64,000 nucleotides of DNA, from NCBI GenBank assembly GCA_963849325.1, contig CAWKHF010000002.1, positions 224,001-288,000 on the forward strand, read 5' to 3'. Below the pieces are notes generated by a model. It saw only the letters and a list, made by a program, of their open reading frames with translations, was not told the origin of the DNA and made no database searches. Made by a program: the position numbers and the translations under genes. Of the stretch, positions 1 through 11,139 are shown in pieces. Source of the stretch: an uncultured Planctomycetota bacterium (GTDB lineage: Bacteria; Planctomycetota; Planctomycetia; Gemmatales; Gemmataceae). Positions within the stretch are counted from its first letter, which is position 1. The number at the start of each line of letters is the position of its first letter.

Positions 1-957
1 CGAGAACTGGCCGCCTTCGACCACGACCTGCGCCATCACCGTCGCATCAAGTACAAACTGACCGACCTGATCAAGTGTCTGCCGGAGACGGGCCATCCGA
101 TGGACGCCCTGCAAGCGGGCGTTGCCGCCCTGGGCATGTTCTACCCCGCCCGCGATGTTCACAACGAGCAGAGCAACTGGGATTCGGTCGTGCGCCTGAT
201 CGCCAAGCTGCCGACCATCACCGCCGCCTTCCACCGCCTCCGCCACGGCGACGCGCCGATCGGGCCGCGCGACGACCTCGGCCACGCTTCCAACTTCTAT
301 TACATGCTCACCGAACAGGAGCCATCGCCGGCCGTCGCCAAGGTGCTCGACGCCTGCCTGATCCTGCACGCCGAGCACACCATGAACGCCTCGACGTTCA
401 GCGGCCGCGTCACCGGCTCGACCCTGGCCAATCCGTACACGGTCATTAGCTCCGCCATCGGCACGCTGACCGGCCCGCTGCACGGCGGCGCCAACGAGCA
501 GGTGCTGGACATGCTCGACGAGATTGGCTCGCCGGACAACGTCCGTGCCTGGCTCGACGACGCCATCGCCCACAAAAAGAAGATCATGGGCCTGGGCCAT
601 CGCGTCTACAAGGTCAAGGACCCGCGCGCCACGGTGCTGCAAGAACTGGCGGAGAACGCCTTTGTCGAGACCGGCCGGCCGAAGCTCTATCAGCTGGCCC
701 TGGAAATGGAGCGCGTCGCCGCCGGCGTCCTGGGACCGAAAGGCATTTATCCCAACGTCGATTTCTACTCCGGCATCGTCTACCTGAGCATAGGAATCCC
801 GCGCGACCTGTTCACGCCGATCTTCGCCATTGCCCGCGTCGCCGGTTGGCTGGCGCACTGGCTGGAACAGTTGAAGAACAACCGCATCTTCCGGCCGGAG
901 CAGATCTACGTCGGCAAGCACGACGTACCGTATGAGCCGCTTGAGCAACGGCCGTGA
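1..957 (+). CDS. gltA: Citrate synthase (5' end lies upstream of the window)
   Basis: LHAEHTMNASTF, GPLHGGANE, GLGHRVYK..DPR and YPNVDFYSG motifs; frame is open back to the window start. Confidence 0.95.
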   Translation, partial: RELAAFDHDLRHHRRIKYKLTDLIKCLPETGHPMDALQAGVAALGMFYPARDVHNEQSNWDSVVRLIAKLPTITAAFHRLRHGDAPIGPRDDLGHASNFYYMLTEQEPSPAVAKVLDACLILHAEHTMNASTFSGRVTGSTLANPYTVISSAIGTLTGPLHGGANEQVLDMLDEIGSPDNVRAWLDDAIAHKKKIMGLGHRVYKVKDPRATVLQELAENAFVETGRPKLYQLALEMERVAAGVLGPKGIYPNVDFYSGIVYLSIGIPRDLFTPIFAIARVAGWLAHWLEQLKNNRIFRPEQIYVGKHDVPYEPLEQRP

Positions 958-1047
958 TAACCTGCTTCACGCATATCGAGCCAGGAGGCCGCGAGGCGAA
1001 CGAGGATCGCCTGAAAGTGATCCCCGTGCCTGGAGCATCATGTCTCC

Positions 1048-1131
1048 TTTTGACCACGGATAACACAGATAAAACACCAGAAGCGTTCGGGTTTTCTTTA
1101 TCCGTGGTATCCGTGGTATCCGTGGTTCAAA
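1048..1131. repeat. Imperfect inverted repeat of 9-nt units (ACCACGGAT/ACACAGAT ... ATCCGTGGT x3)
   Basis: Seen directly; a related copy lies at 51266-51345. Confidence 0.8.
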
Positions 1132-1279
1132 ATGCATTGGGCCGGGCGAGTCGCCGGTTTCTCGCCCTTGACGAACGCCAACGCGAGCTGTAGCGTACAA
1201 AATCGAACACGCCTTCCGGCCGTGAACGACACCAGGCATCGCCCCTAGCTCCGGTCCCGTCGAAAACCGGGCCGCCTGG

Positions 1280-1308
1280 TTGACGTTGGAGAGATGCCCT
1301 GTTCTAAT
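1280..1308 (+). promoter_or_regulatory. Putative sigma70 promoter of the protease cluster
   Basis: TTGACG-17 nt-TCTAAT with an extended -10 TGn; a weaker TTGACG-17-TAGCGT candidate lies at 1168-1196. Confidence 0.5.
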
Positions 1309-1378
1309 AGCGCACCAATCTCTTTACTCCGTGGCCCTTCCCCGGTGGAGGGCCGCTCCTGCTCCGGGAGTCACCGCC

Positions 1379-3645
1379 ATGAAGGACATTCCCCGTCTGC
1401 TGATCGCCGTCACGCTGGCCATCGTCGCCGCGGCGCCGCTTCAAGCCGCACCAATCCGGCACGCTCTGCTGGTCGGCTGTACCAAATACGACAACCTCGA
1501 TCCGGCCAACTACCTGGTAGGCCCGGCCAACGACGTGCTCCTCTTCCGCGACGTGCTGACGAATTATTACGACTTCCGCGACAAGGACATCGTCATCCTC
1601 TCGGAAGCGGCCGGCAAGGAGAAGGGCGAGCGCTTCCGGCCGACGCGGGCCAACATCCAGCGCGAGTTCGCCGAGTTGGCCCGCAAGGCCGGCAAGGATG
1701 ATCGCGTGGTCATTCTCCTGGGCGGACACGGCAGCCAGCAGCCCGACAGCAAGCCCGATGACCCCGAGCGCTTCGAGCCGGACGGCAAGGAAGAGATCTT
1801 TTTGCCCGCCGACGTCGGCCAGTGGGACGGCGTCTCGCGCGTCAAGAATGCCATCGTCGATTACGAGTTCCGCGATTGGCTCAAAGACATCCGCAAGACC
1901 GGAGCGTCGCTGTGGGTGATCGTCGATGCCTGCCATTCGTCGTCCGTGCTGCGTTCGCCGACGGAGAAGCCGCGCGAGGTGGAGGGGAACAAATTGGTGC
2001 CTGCCGACGTGCTGCGGCAGGCCGAGGACAAGGCTCGCAAACGCCAGGAGGGCCGCGAACGCGGCAAGAAACGGCTGACGTTCAAGCTCCCTCCTCAGGA
2101 GCCGGACCTCGTGGCCATCTACGCCGCGCAGTCCACCGAACCGACCGTCGAGCTGGTCCTGCCGGAAGAAGGGCCGGAGCGGAGTCGCAAACCGCAAGGT
2201 TTACTTACTTACACTCTCTGTAAAGTCCTTATTGAGGCGAAGGAAGCCAAGGCTTCGCTCACCTACCATCAGCTGCTTCAACGTATCCACGACCACTACA
2301 AGGGTTGGAACCGGACCTATCCCACGCCGCTCATCGAGGGCAAGGACCGCAACCGCGAGATTTTCGGCGAAGTGCGGAGGGGGGAGCGAACGCCGGCGAT
2401 ACACTGATCCGCCTCGATCAAGACGGACAAGGCGACTGGTTCATTGACCAGGGTTCGCTGCACGGCCTCACCGTGGGCAGCGTCTTGAAGGTCTACCCTC
2501 CCGCCGGAGGGGCCGATTCCGAGAAGGCCATCGGTCATGTCGAAATCCTGGAGGATGATTTCGGTGCTCTGCGGGCGCGGGTCAAGCCGTGCGCGTTCGC
2601 CCGGATGCCGGAACCGAAGGGGAACGAGTTACCCAAGCGCGGCCGCTGTGAGCTGGTCTTCGTCAATTATGGCGAGCAGCGGTTGGCGGTGGCCGTCGAT
2701 CCGCGGACGCTCAAGGACGAGGAAGTGCCCAAGGACAAGCGGCAGCCCCTGCTCGACATGCTGAAAAAACTCGAGGGCGAAGAAGGTTCACTCGTCAAGT
2801 CTGCCTCCCCCGCCGAGGCGCAGTGGCTGTTGCGCTTCGATTCGCTGCAATCAGGCAAACTATATCTGACCCCGGCATCCGGCCTGTCGTTGCCGGACGG
2901 GTCCGGCAAGTCGGCGGCGCGAGTCGGAGCGTCGCCGAGCCTGCCGCCGCTGTTCGGCCCTGTCCCCGCCGGGAGGGAGAGTTGGCTGCGGGAGCGCCTG
3001 GCCCGCATCGCTCGTGTGCGGAACCTGTTGGCCATCGCCAATCGGCCGGCCCGCGCTCACAGGGATTCTCCCCTCGACGTGAAGTGCAAGTTGGAGGTGG
3101 TACGGTTCCGCAACGACGACGACGAAACCGGCGCGCCGCTGACGCGCGGCCCCGAAGGTGCCGTCCTCCATGACCGAGACAAGGTTGGCATCGTGGTGAC
3201 CAACGAGGGCCGCGAGCCGATCGACGTCACCATCCTTTTGCTCGACAACGAGTATGGCATCAGTTCGATTTTCCCGCAGGCGGCTGATACGGACAACCGC
3301 GTTCAACCCAACAAACCACTCCCCTTTCGCACGACGCTGCGCACCAAGACCGGGGGAGTCGAACATGTCCTGGTCGTTGCGGTCAAGGGCGAGAGTGTCC
3401 GGGAGTATGCCCAGTTTAGCTTCCTGGCTCAACCGAGCATCGAGAAGGCCACCCGCGAAATGGCGAGCGTTTCCCGGGGAACGCGGGAAAGGAGTCTGGA
3501 ATCGTCCCTGGGCAAGCTCCTGCTGGGCGCGGCTTACGGTCGGGGCAAGCAGAGGGGCATGGAGATGACGGCGGCGAAGGAGTTTGCCTTCCAGCTATTC
3601 TCCTACGAGGCCATGCCGACGCGGTGCCCGACCGGCAAGAAGTAA
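1379..3645 (+). CDS. Exported caspase-like peptidase (C14) with C-terminal DUF4384-like domain, ~755 aa; one frameshift at the G-run near 2380
   Basis: Signal peptide MKDIPRLLIAVTLAIVAAAPLQA; ALLVGC..Y, L.GPANDV, LGGHGSQ (His) and IVDACHS (Cys); continues in ORF 2305-3645 (IDQGSLHGLTVGS; VGIVVTNEGREPIDVTILLLD..YGISSIFP). Confidence 0.85.
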
Positions 3646-3695
3646 ACGCAAAGGTTTGTCACCCAATGAAGTCTTTTTCTTCGAGGAGCAACGCG

Positions 3696-5651
3696 ATGAG
3701 GTATCGTCGAGTGGGGAGCGTCCTGGCGGGGATGGCCGCCTTATCCGCCCTGATGTGGCTGACTGCGATCTCCGCCCCGGCCGAGGGACGCAAGGACATC
3801 GAGGCGAAAAAAGCGGCGACGCGGGCCGCCCCGGAGGACGCCCTGCGAGCGCTGACGGCCTTCCGTCCCGCCGCCGCCTCGGCCGACCGCGGCGAACCGA
3901 TCCCGCAAACCATCGCCACGCCGTACACCAGCGCCTACAAAGTCCTCCACCTGGAGTTCAAGAACGCCGACTCGTGTGAGCGCTTCAAGGCCGACGGCGC
4001 TTACGTCTTCAACCGTTTCGGCCGTTTCGCCGACCTGTTCATCGACGCCGACAAGAACCTGGCCGACGTGCTGTTCAAGGACAAGAACGCCGGCATCGTC
4101 TGGTTCGACTTCTCGACGACGGCCATCGCGCCGCCGCCGCCGCCGGCCCGCAAGGACAAGGAGAACGTCCGCGCCCTCGAGGGCGTCCTTCGCGGCGGCG
4201 CCGGCGCGCTGACCGGCAAGGGCGTCCTCGTCGCCATCATCGACACCGGCATCGACTTCCATCACCCCGACTTCATCGACTACGACGCCGACGGTAAACC
4301 GACCTCGCGCCTGCTCGCCTTCTGGGACACCGCCAGCGACGCCTACGCCGATCAGATCGGCAGTCCGGGGCCGGTTCGCTATCCCAACGGCGCCTCGGTC
4401 GGCACGGTCTTCTCGCGCGCGGACCTGACGACCGAGCTGCGTTCGGGCAAGCCGCGCATCCACGTCTGGGACATCGACGGCCACGGCACCGCCTGCGCCA
4501 GCATCGCGGCCGGCAACGGCAACGCCCTGGAAAAGAAGCGTTACGCCGGCGTCGCTCCGCAGGCCGACCTCATCGCCGTCCGCATCCAGGATCGCGGGCC
4601 TGGACTGGAGAACTTCTATCTGCTCAACGCCATCTGCGCCTGGGTTAATGACCTGGCCGCCAAGGAAGGCAAGCCGGCGGTCCTGTCGTGCAGCTTTGGC
4701 GGCCACGTCGGCGGTCACGACGGCTACCGCATCGATGAGCGCCAGCTGAACGCTCGCTTTCCCAACACCCTCCGCGGCCGGGCCATCTGCATCGCCGGCG
4801 GCAACGAGGGCGCCGACCGCATTCACGCTGCCGTCTCGTTCGGTCCAGACGACAAGGGCACTCTGAAATGGGACTCTTATCGCGGCGGCACCCTCGACAT
4901 CTACACGGACGCCGAGAACAAGACGGACGTCGAGGTCGAGGGCGTCAGCGACAAGCAGGTCGTCAAGTTCTTGCACGGGTCTGACCGGCAAGGTGGTGCT
5001 GTACGTGCGGGTGCCGGCCGGCCGGGGCGAGCTGCGCCTGATGAGCAAGGCCAACAAGAAGCTCAGCGCCGACGCCTACATTCCGACGAGCCACTATCCC
5101 GGCGACGGCTTCGACGATTCGTGCCGGGTGCCGGGCAAGCAAATCGGCACGCCGGCGACGACCGGCCAGGCCATCACCGTGGGCAGCTACGACTTCGACA
5201 ACCACTTCGAGCTGCAGGGCAAGCCGGTCTTCTTCAAGGCCGAGGACAGCAAGGGCCAGCTGACTGCGCATGACGCTCGGGCGCCCTGTCGGGCTACTCC
5301 AATCCGGGACCGAGCCGCATCGGCGACGTGGTCAAGCCGGACCTGGTAGCGCCGGGGCAATACTGGACGGCCAGCGCCGCTCTGAACACACGGGCCATCC
5401 GCGACACGTCGGGCGGCTATCGGCTGTTCAACGGCACCAGCGCCGCGACGCCGTACACCGCCGGCGTGGTGGCCCTGCTGATGCAGAAGAAGCCGTCAAT
5501 CACGGTGGGCGAGATCAAGGACTTGATCCGCAACCACGCCGACAAGGAGGACGATCACGTCAGCCGCTCCGGCCGCACGCCGAACCCGGAGTGGGGCTAC
5601 GGCAAGCTCAACCGCAAGGCCGTGGCCGCTATGCTGGAGGCGATTCGCTAG
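3696..5651 (+). CDS. Exported S8 subtilase, CspA-like, ~650 aa; frameshifts near 4980 and 5270-5282
   Basis: GAGGAG RBS; signal peptide; catalytic VAIIDTGID (D), DGHGTACASIAAG (H), GGNEG (N), SGYSNPGP..KPDLVAPG, FNGTSAATP (S); C-terminal WGYGKLN. Confidence 0.88.
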
Positions 5652-5750
5652 GAACTGTCGGGGCCGGCTGGGTGAGCGACGGACAGCACCGTCGCTGACG
5701 CTGCCGGCTCCGACCCCTCCTCCGCCCTTGGCCGCATCAGGAGGACAGGC

Positions 5751-8700
5751 ATGTCTTCGTATACGCATTCCAGGCTGTTGTGCTTTTGTCTTCTCAGTGG
5801 GTTAACGTGTCTTGTTTTCTACGCGCCGTCTCCTGCCGGCGATCCACCGCCACTGACAGGAGTGCAAAAGGAGAAGCTGAAGGAGTTCAACCGCCTCGCT
5901 GGGGAGGCGGTTCGGCTTCGCCGCGAGGGCAAGGCGGCTGAGGTCGTCGCCACCATCGAGAAGATGCTGACAATCGAGCGACAGGGATTCGGCGAGGTGC
6001 GAGAGAGCGGAGTTTCATGGCTGGAATGGCTGGCCGGAATGCATGAGCAGGGTGAGGACTTCACCGCCGCCCGCAAGGCGCGGCAGGAAGTGCTGGCGAT
6101 CCGTACCAAGCTCCACGGTGAGGAGCACTGGAGGGTCCTTGATGCCCGGCTGGAGTTGGCGGACGTTGATCTGCTGGAAAAGCTGGACCGCGAGCAGCGG
6201 CGACAGTTGAGCGAGGCCGACACCCTGCTGCGGCAAGTGAGTCAACTCTACCAGCGAGGCAAGGCGCGAGAGGCTTTACCCCTGGCGGAGAAGGCCCTGC
6301 GTATCCGCCGGAGTGTTTACCGAACACAACACCCTCGTTATGCCGCGGCGTTAGTTTGGCTCGGTCTCCTGAATTCCTCCCAGGGTCACTACGCCCGGGC
6401 CGAGTCGCTGTACCGCCAGGCGCTGGCCATCCGCAAGCAGGCGCTAGGCGAGAAGCACCCCGACTACGCCCTCAGCCTGAACAACCTGGCCCAGCTGTAC
6501 TTCTACCAGGGCGAGTATGCCAAGGCCGAGTTGCTGTACCGCCAGGCGGTGGCCATCCGCAAGCAGGCGTTGGGCGAGAAACACCCCCACTACGCTACCA
6601 GCCTGGATAACCTGGCCGCGCTGTACGACTCCCAGGGTCACTACGCCCGGGCCGAGCCGCTGTACCGCCAGGCGCTGGAGATCAAGAAGCAGGTGTTGGG
6701 AGAGAAGCACTCCGACTACGCCTTCAGCCTCAACAACTTGGCCCATCTGTACTATTCCCAGGGCGATTACGCCCGAGCCGAGCCGCTGTACCGCCAGGCA
6801 TCCGAGATCTGGAAGCAGGCGCTGGGCGAGAAGCACTCTCTCTATGCCACCAGCCTGAACAACCTGGCCGCGCTGTACTCCTCCCAGGGCGACTACTCCC
6901 AGGCCGAACCGCTGTTCCGCCAGGCGCTGGAGATCAAGAAGCAGGCGCTGGGCGAGAAGCATCCCGACTACGCCACCAGTCTGAACAACCTGGCCCAGCT
7001 GTACAAGTACCAGGGCGACTACGCCAGGGCCGAGCCGCTGTACCGACAGGCGTCGGAAGTCTTGAAGCAGGGGATGGGCGCCAAGCACCCCAACTACGCC
7101 ACCAGTCTGAACAGCCTGGCCCATCTGTACTATTCCCAGGGCGACTACGCCAAGGCCGAGCCGCTGTATCGCCAGGCGCTGGACATCCGCAAGCAGGCGC
7201 TGGCGCGAAGCACCCCGACTACGCCCTCAGCCTGAACAACCTGGCCTTGCTGTACAAATCCCAGGGCGACTACGCCCAGGCCGAGCCGCTATACCAGAAG
7301 GCATCGGAGATCTACGAGCAGGCACTGGGCGCGAAGCACCCCGACTACGCCACCAGTCTGAACAACCTGGCCGCGCTGTACGACTCCCAGGGCGACTACG
7401 CCCAGGCCGAGTCGCTGTACCGCCAGGCGTCGGAAACCTGGAAGCAGGCGCTGGGAGAGAAGCACCCCGACTACGCCCGAAGTCTCAACAACCTGGCCCA
7501 TCTGTACTCTTCCCAAGGCGACTACGCCAAGGCCGAGCCGCTGTACCGGAAGGCATCCGAGATCTGGAAGCAGGCGTTGGCGCGAAGCACCCCGACTACG
7601 CCACCAGTCTGAACAACCTGGCCCAGCTGTACCACTCCCAGGGCAACTACGCCCAGGCCGAGCCACTATGCTTGCAATCCCTTGGCATCTCCCGCGATAA
7701 CCTCGAACTGGCCGCCGCCGTGCAATCCCAACGTCAGCAACTGGCCATGCTGGAAAACCTGCGTTTCCGCCTCGACGCTTACCTATCCCTGGCAGCCGAG
7801 GCCAAGAAACCCGCCGACAAGCTGTATGAGCAGTCCCTGACCTGGAAGGGCATCGTCGGACTGCGGCAACGCAACCAGCGAATGGCCCGACGCCATCCCG
7901 AGTTGGCCGCCGACTTCGCCGAACTCAATCGCGTCGCCGCACGCCTGGCTACCCTCGCCCTCAGCATGCCCGATCCCAAACGTCTCGACGTACACCGCCA
8001 GCAGATGCAGGATCTGACCGAGGACAAGGAACGACTGGAAGGCCGGCTGGCCCGCCGCAGTGCTGATTTCCGTCAGGAGAAAGAACGAAGCCGGCTGACG
8101 CCGGCGCAACTGCAAGCCGCACTGCCCAGGGACGCCGCCCTCCTCGACTTCCTCGAATATACCCACTTCACTCCCTCCGCCCAGAAGAAGGGACAACTGA
8201 ATCGAGAGCGCCGGTTCCTCGCTTTCGTCGTCCGCCCCGATACGCTGGTGCGGGTGGACCTCGGCCCGGTCAAGCCCATCCAGGAAGCGATCGAGCGCTG
8301 GCGGCCGGCCCTGCAACGCCGCTTCCGCACCGAAGGCGATGACGCCCTCGGCGCCGCCGTCCGCCAACTCGTCTGGAACAAGCTGGAGAATCACTTGCAG
8401 GGAGCGCAAGTGGTGCTGGTCTCTCCCGATGGCGCCCTGGCCCGCGTGCCCTTCGCCGCCCTGCCCGGCAGCAAAAAAGACTCCTTCCTGCTGGAAGAGT
8501 TGGCCATCGCTGTCGTGCCCGTGCCGCAACTCTTGCCGCAACTGCTGGCACCACGCCCGGACGAGGGCAAGACCGAGCCGTCGCTGTTGCTGGTCGGCGA
8601 TGTCAGCTACGATGCCGGCGTTGGCGCGGCGGTCGCCGACAGCCGCTCGGCTCCCCGCGCCGGCACGCTGTTGAGCTGGAAGGCGTTGGAGAACACGCGC

Positions 8701-9423
8701 GCCGAGGTGGCGGCGGTCAAGGACAGCTTCCAGCGTCGCTTTCGCCGCGGCGTCGTCACCGACCTGCGCGAAGACGAGGCCAGCGAGGCCGAGGTACGCA
8801 AGGAAGCGCCGAAGAATCGTTATCTGCACTTCGCCACGCACGGCTTCTTCGCCCCCAAGGAGCTGCGCTCGGCCCTCAGCGCTGCCTCGCGCGGCAAGGA
8901 GTCTGACTCCGCCAACCTGTTCGGTGGTCGCAAGGACATGGCCGGCTTCCATCCGGGTCTGCTGTCGGGTCTGGTGCTGGCGGGGGCCAATCGGCCGGCG
9001 GAGGTGGGCAAGGACGATGGCATCCTGACGGCGTTGGAAGTGGAATCGCTGGACTTGGCCGGCGTCGAGTTGGCGGTGCTGAGCGCCTGTGAGACGGGCC
9101 TGGGCGAGCAAGCGGGCGGCGAGGGCTTGCTGGGATTGCAACGCGCCTTCCAGGTGGCCGGAGCGCGCGGCGTAGTAGCGGGTCTGTGGCAGGTCGATGA
9201 CAAGGCCACGCGCGATCTGACGATGCGCTTCTACGAGAACCTGTGGAAAAAGAAGCTGCCCCGCCTGGAGGCGTTACGACAGGCGCAGTTGTGGATGCTC
9301 AAGGAAGGCATCAGCCGGAGCATGGTGAACGTGAAGGTGCCGAAAGAACGGCTGGGCAAGGACGACGGACGCTTGCCGCCTTATTACTGGGCCGCCTTCG
9401 CCCTCTCCGGCGACTGGCGCTAA
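5751..9423 (+). CDS. Exported TPR-repeat / CHAT (caspase HetF-associated) protease, ~1220 aa; 1-bp deletions near 7204 and 7581
   Basis: AGGAGG RBS; hydrophobic N-terminus; 42-aa HPDYATSLNNLA repeats; CHAT motifs VSPDGAL, YLHFATHGFF (His), VLSACETGLG (Cys), LWQVDD, PYYWAAF. Confidence 0.92.
6330..7670 (+). repeat. 11 tandem 126-bp repeats encoding kinesin-light-chain-type TPRs
   Basis: His codons at 6330, 6456, 6582, 6708, 6834, 6960, 7086, 7211, 7337, 7463, 7588; spacing is 126 bp except for two 125-bp gaps at the frameshifts. Confidence 0.95.
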
Positions 9424-9432
9424 TCCCGCCAT

Positions 9433-11076
9433 TTAGACCAGGTAATCGCCCAACAGCGTCCGGGCGATCAGGAAGTAGATGACGATGCCCGTCACATCGA
9501 CGGCGGTGGCCACGAAGGGGCTGGAGGCGTAGCCGGGATCGCGGCCCAGACGTTTGAGCAGCAACGGCAGCATCGAGCCGACCAGGGTGCCCCACAAGCA
9601 GATCGACGCCACCGCCAGGGCGATGACCAGCGACAGCCGATAGCGGTCCACCGGATCGTGGATCACCCGGCAATTGCCCGGAAACTTGTAGATCTCGAAA
9701 TGATCCGGATCATGGACATCGGGGACGATCTGATAATTCTCCTTGCGAGGTAGGCCAATTTTCGTCAGATGTTGGTCCACCATGCTCTGTTGGTAGCCAG
9801 GCGGGACCAGGACGACCGTGAAAGGCTCCTTTTCCGTCCACTCCGTCACCGGGTATTCGTCGAGTCGCGTCCCCCGGGGCACCTTGACCTGGAACGGTTC
9901 GGGGCGCGAGGCGGCGCTGCTGCGGACGCTGTCGGGAGTCAGCGAGGCGCGGCCGAAGCCGATCAGGCCCAGCGTCGCCCCCAGGATCAGCCCCATGCCG
10001 ATCTCGTGACGCAGCACGCGCAGCCAGTCCTTGCCCCGGACCTGGCCCAGGGCCATGGCGCGCGTGATTAGGGTGGCGGCCTGCGAGCCGGAGTTGCCGC
10101 CCGTGGAGATGCACAGCGGCACAAACAGGCTGAGCACGACCACAGCGGCGATGGCGTCCTCGAAGTAGGACAGGGCCGTGAATGTGAACAGCTCGGCGAC
10201 GAACAGGATGGCCAGCCACGAGGCCCGCTTGCGCCAGATCAGAAAGAAGCTCGCTTCCAGGTAGTTCTCTTCCAGCGGATTGACCGCGCCCATGCGGTGA
10301 ACGTCCTCGGTCGCCTCGGACACGACCACGTCGATCACGTCGTCGTAGGTGACGATGCCGACGAGGCGCTTGTCGTCGTCGAGGACGGGGATGGCCAGCA
10401 GGTCGTAGTGCGTCATGTCCTGGGCGACCTTCTCGCGGTCGTCGCTGACGCGCACGGTGATCGGCTGGGCGTCCATCAATTCGTTGACCAGCGCCCGCCG
10501 CGGCGCCAGGATCAGCTCGCGCAGCGTCACCACGCCGAGCAAGCGTCGCTGCTCATCGACGACGTAGACGTAATAGATGGTCTCGCTGTTCGGCGCCTGC
10601 AAGCGGAGACGGTCCAGCGCCTGTTCGACGCTGATGTTGGCCGGCAGCCAGGCGTAGTCGGTGGTCATCAAGGCGCCGGCGGTGTTCTCCTCATACTTGA
10701 CCAGCGTGGCGATGTCGCGGCGGTCGGCCTCATCGACCAGGCGCAGCAGGCTCTCGACGACCTTCGGCTCCAGATGGCGCAGCAGGTCGGCGCGATCGTC
10801 GTGCGACATCTGCTCGATCAGGCGAGCCATGTGCGGTCGGCCCGTGCCCTCGACCAACTGTTCCTGCCACTCCAGCGGGAAGTACACGAAGATCGTGGCC
10901 TGATTGGCGATCGACGTGGTATTGAGGAAACGCCAAACGTCTTCGACCGCGAAGTGATCGGCCAGCGACTCGGCGACCGTGGCCGGGTGCAGCGTCTCGC
11001 AGAACGCCTCCATCGCCGCGGTGTCTTCTTTCTCCAGCAGCAGACGGGCTTCCGGGGTGAACAGGGGATGCGACAT
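9433..11076 (-). CDS. mgtE: Magnesium transporter MgtE
   Basis: N-domain, CBS pair (AGALMTTDY, YYVYVVD), TGGNSGSQAATL, SSPFVATAVDVTG. Confidence 0.95.
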   Translation of the reverse strand: MSHPLFTPEARLLLEKEDTAAMEAFCETLHPATVAESLADHFAVEDVWRFLNTTSIANQATIFVYFPLEWQEQLVEGTGRPHMARLIEQMSHDDRADLLRHLEPKVVESLLRLVDEADRRDIATLVKYEENTAGALMTTDYAWLPANISVEQALDRLRLQAPNSETIYYVYVVDEQRRLLGVVTLRELILAPRRALVNELMDAQPITVRVSDDREKVAQDMTHYDLLAIPVLDDDKRLVGIVTYDDVIDVVVSEATEDVHRMGAVNPLEENYLEASFFLIWRKRASWLAILFVAELFTFTALSYFEDAIAAVVVLSLFVPLCISTGGNSGSQAATLITRAMALGQVRGKDWLRVLRHEIGMGLILGATLGLIGFGRASLTPDSVRSSAASRPEPFQVKVPRGTRLDEYPVTEWTEKEPFTVVLVPPGYQQSMVDQHLTKIGLPRKENYQIVPDVHDPDHFEIYKFPGNCRVIHDPVDRYRLSLVIALAVASICLWGTLVGSMLPLLLKRLGRDPGYASSPFVATAVDVTGIVIYFLIARTLLGDYLV

Positions 11077-11139
11077 CGGTAGAGTTTCGGGTTTTGGGTT
11101 TAGTGGCCCTCATGCTCCGTCGAAATCTCCCAGACCATT

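Noticed and set aside
6330-7670. Regular repeats as a possible CRISPR array
   Set aside because: Units are contiguous 126-bp coding TPR repeats with no unique spacers, and there are no cas genes
958-9432. Protease cluster as a mobile island or prophage
   Set aside because: No integrase, transposase, tRNA target or flanking direct repeats seen; composition is similar to the host
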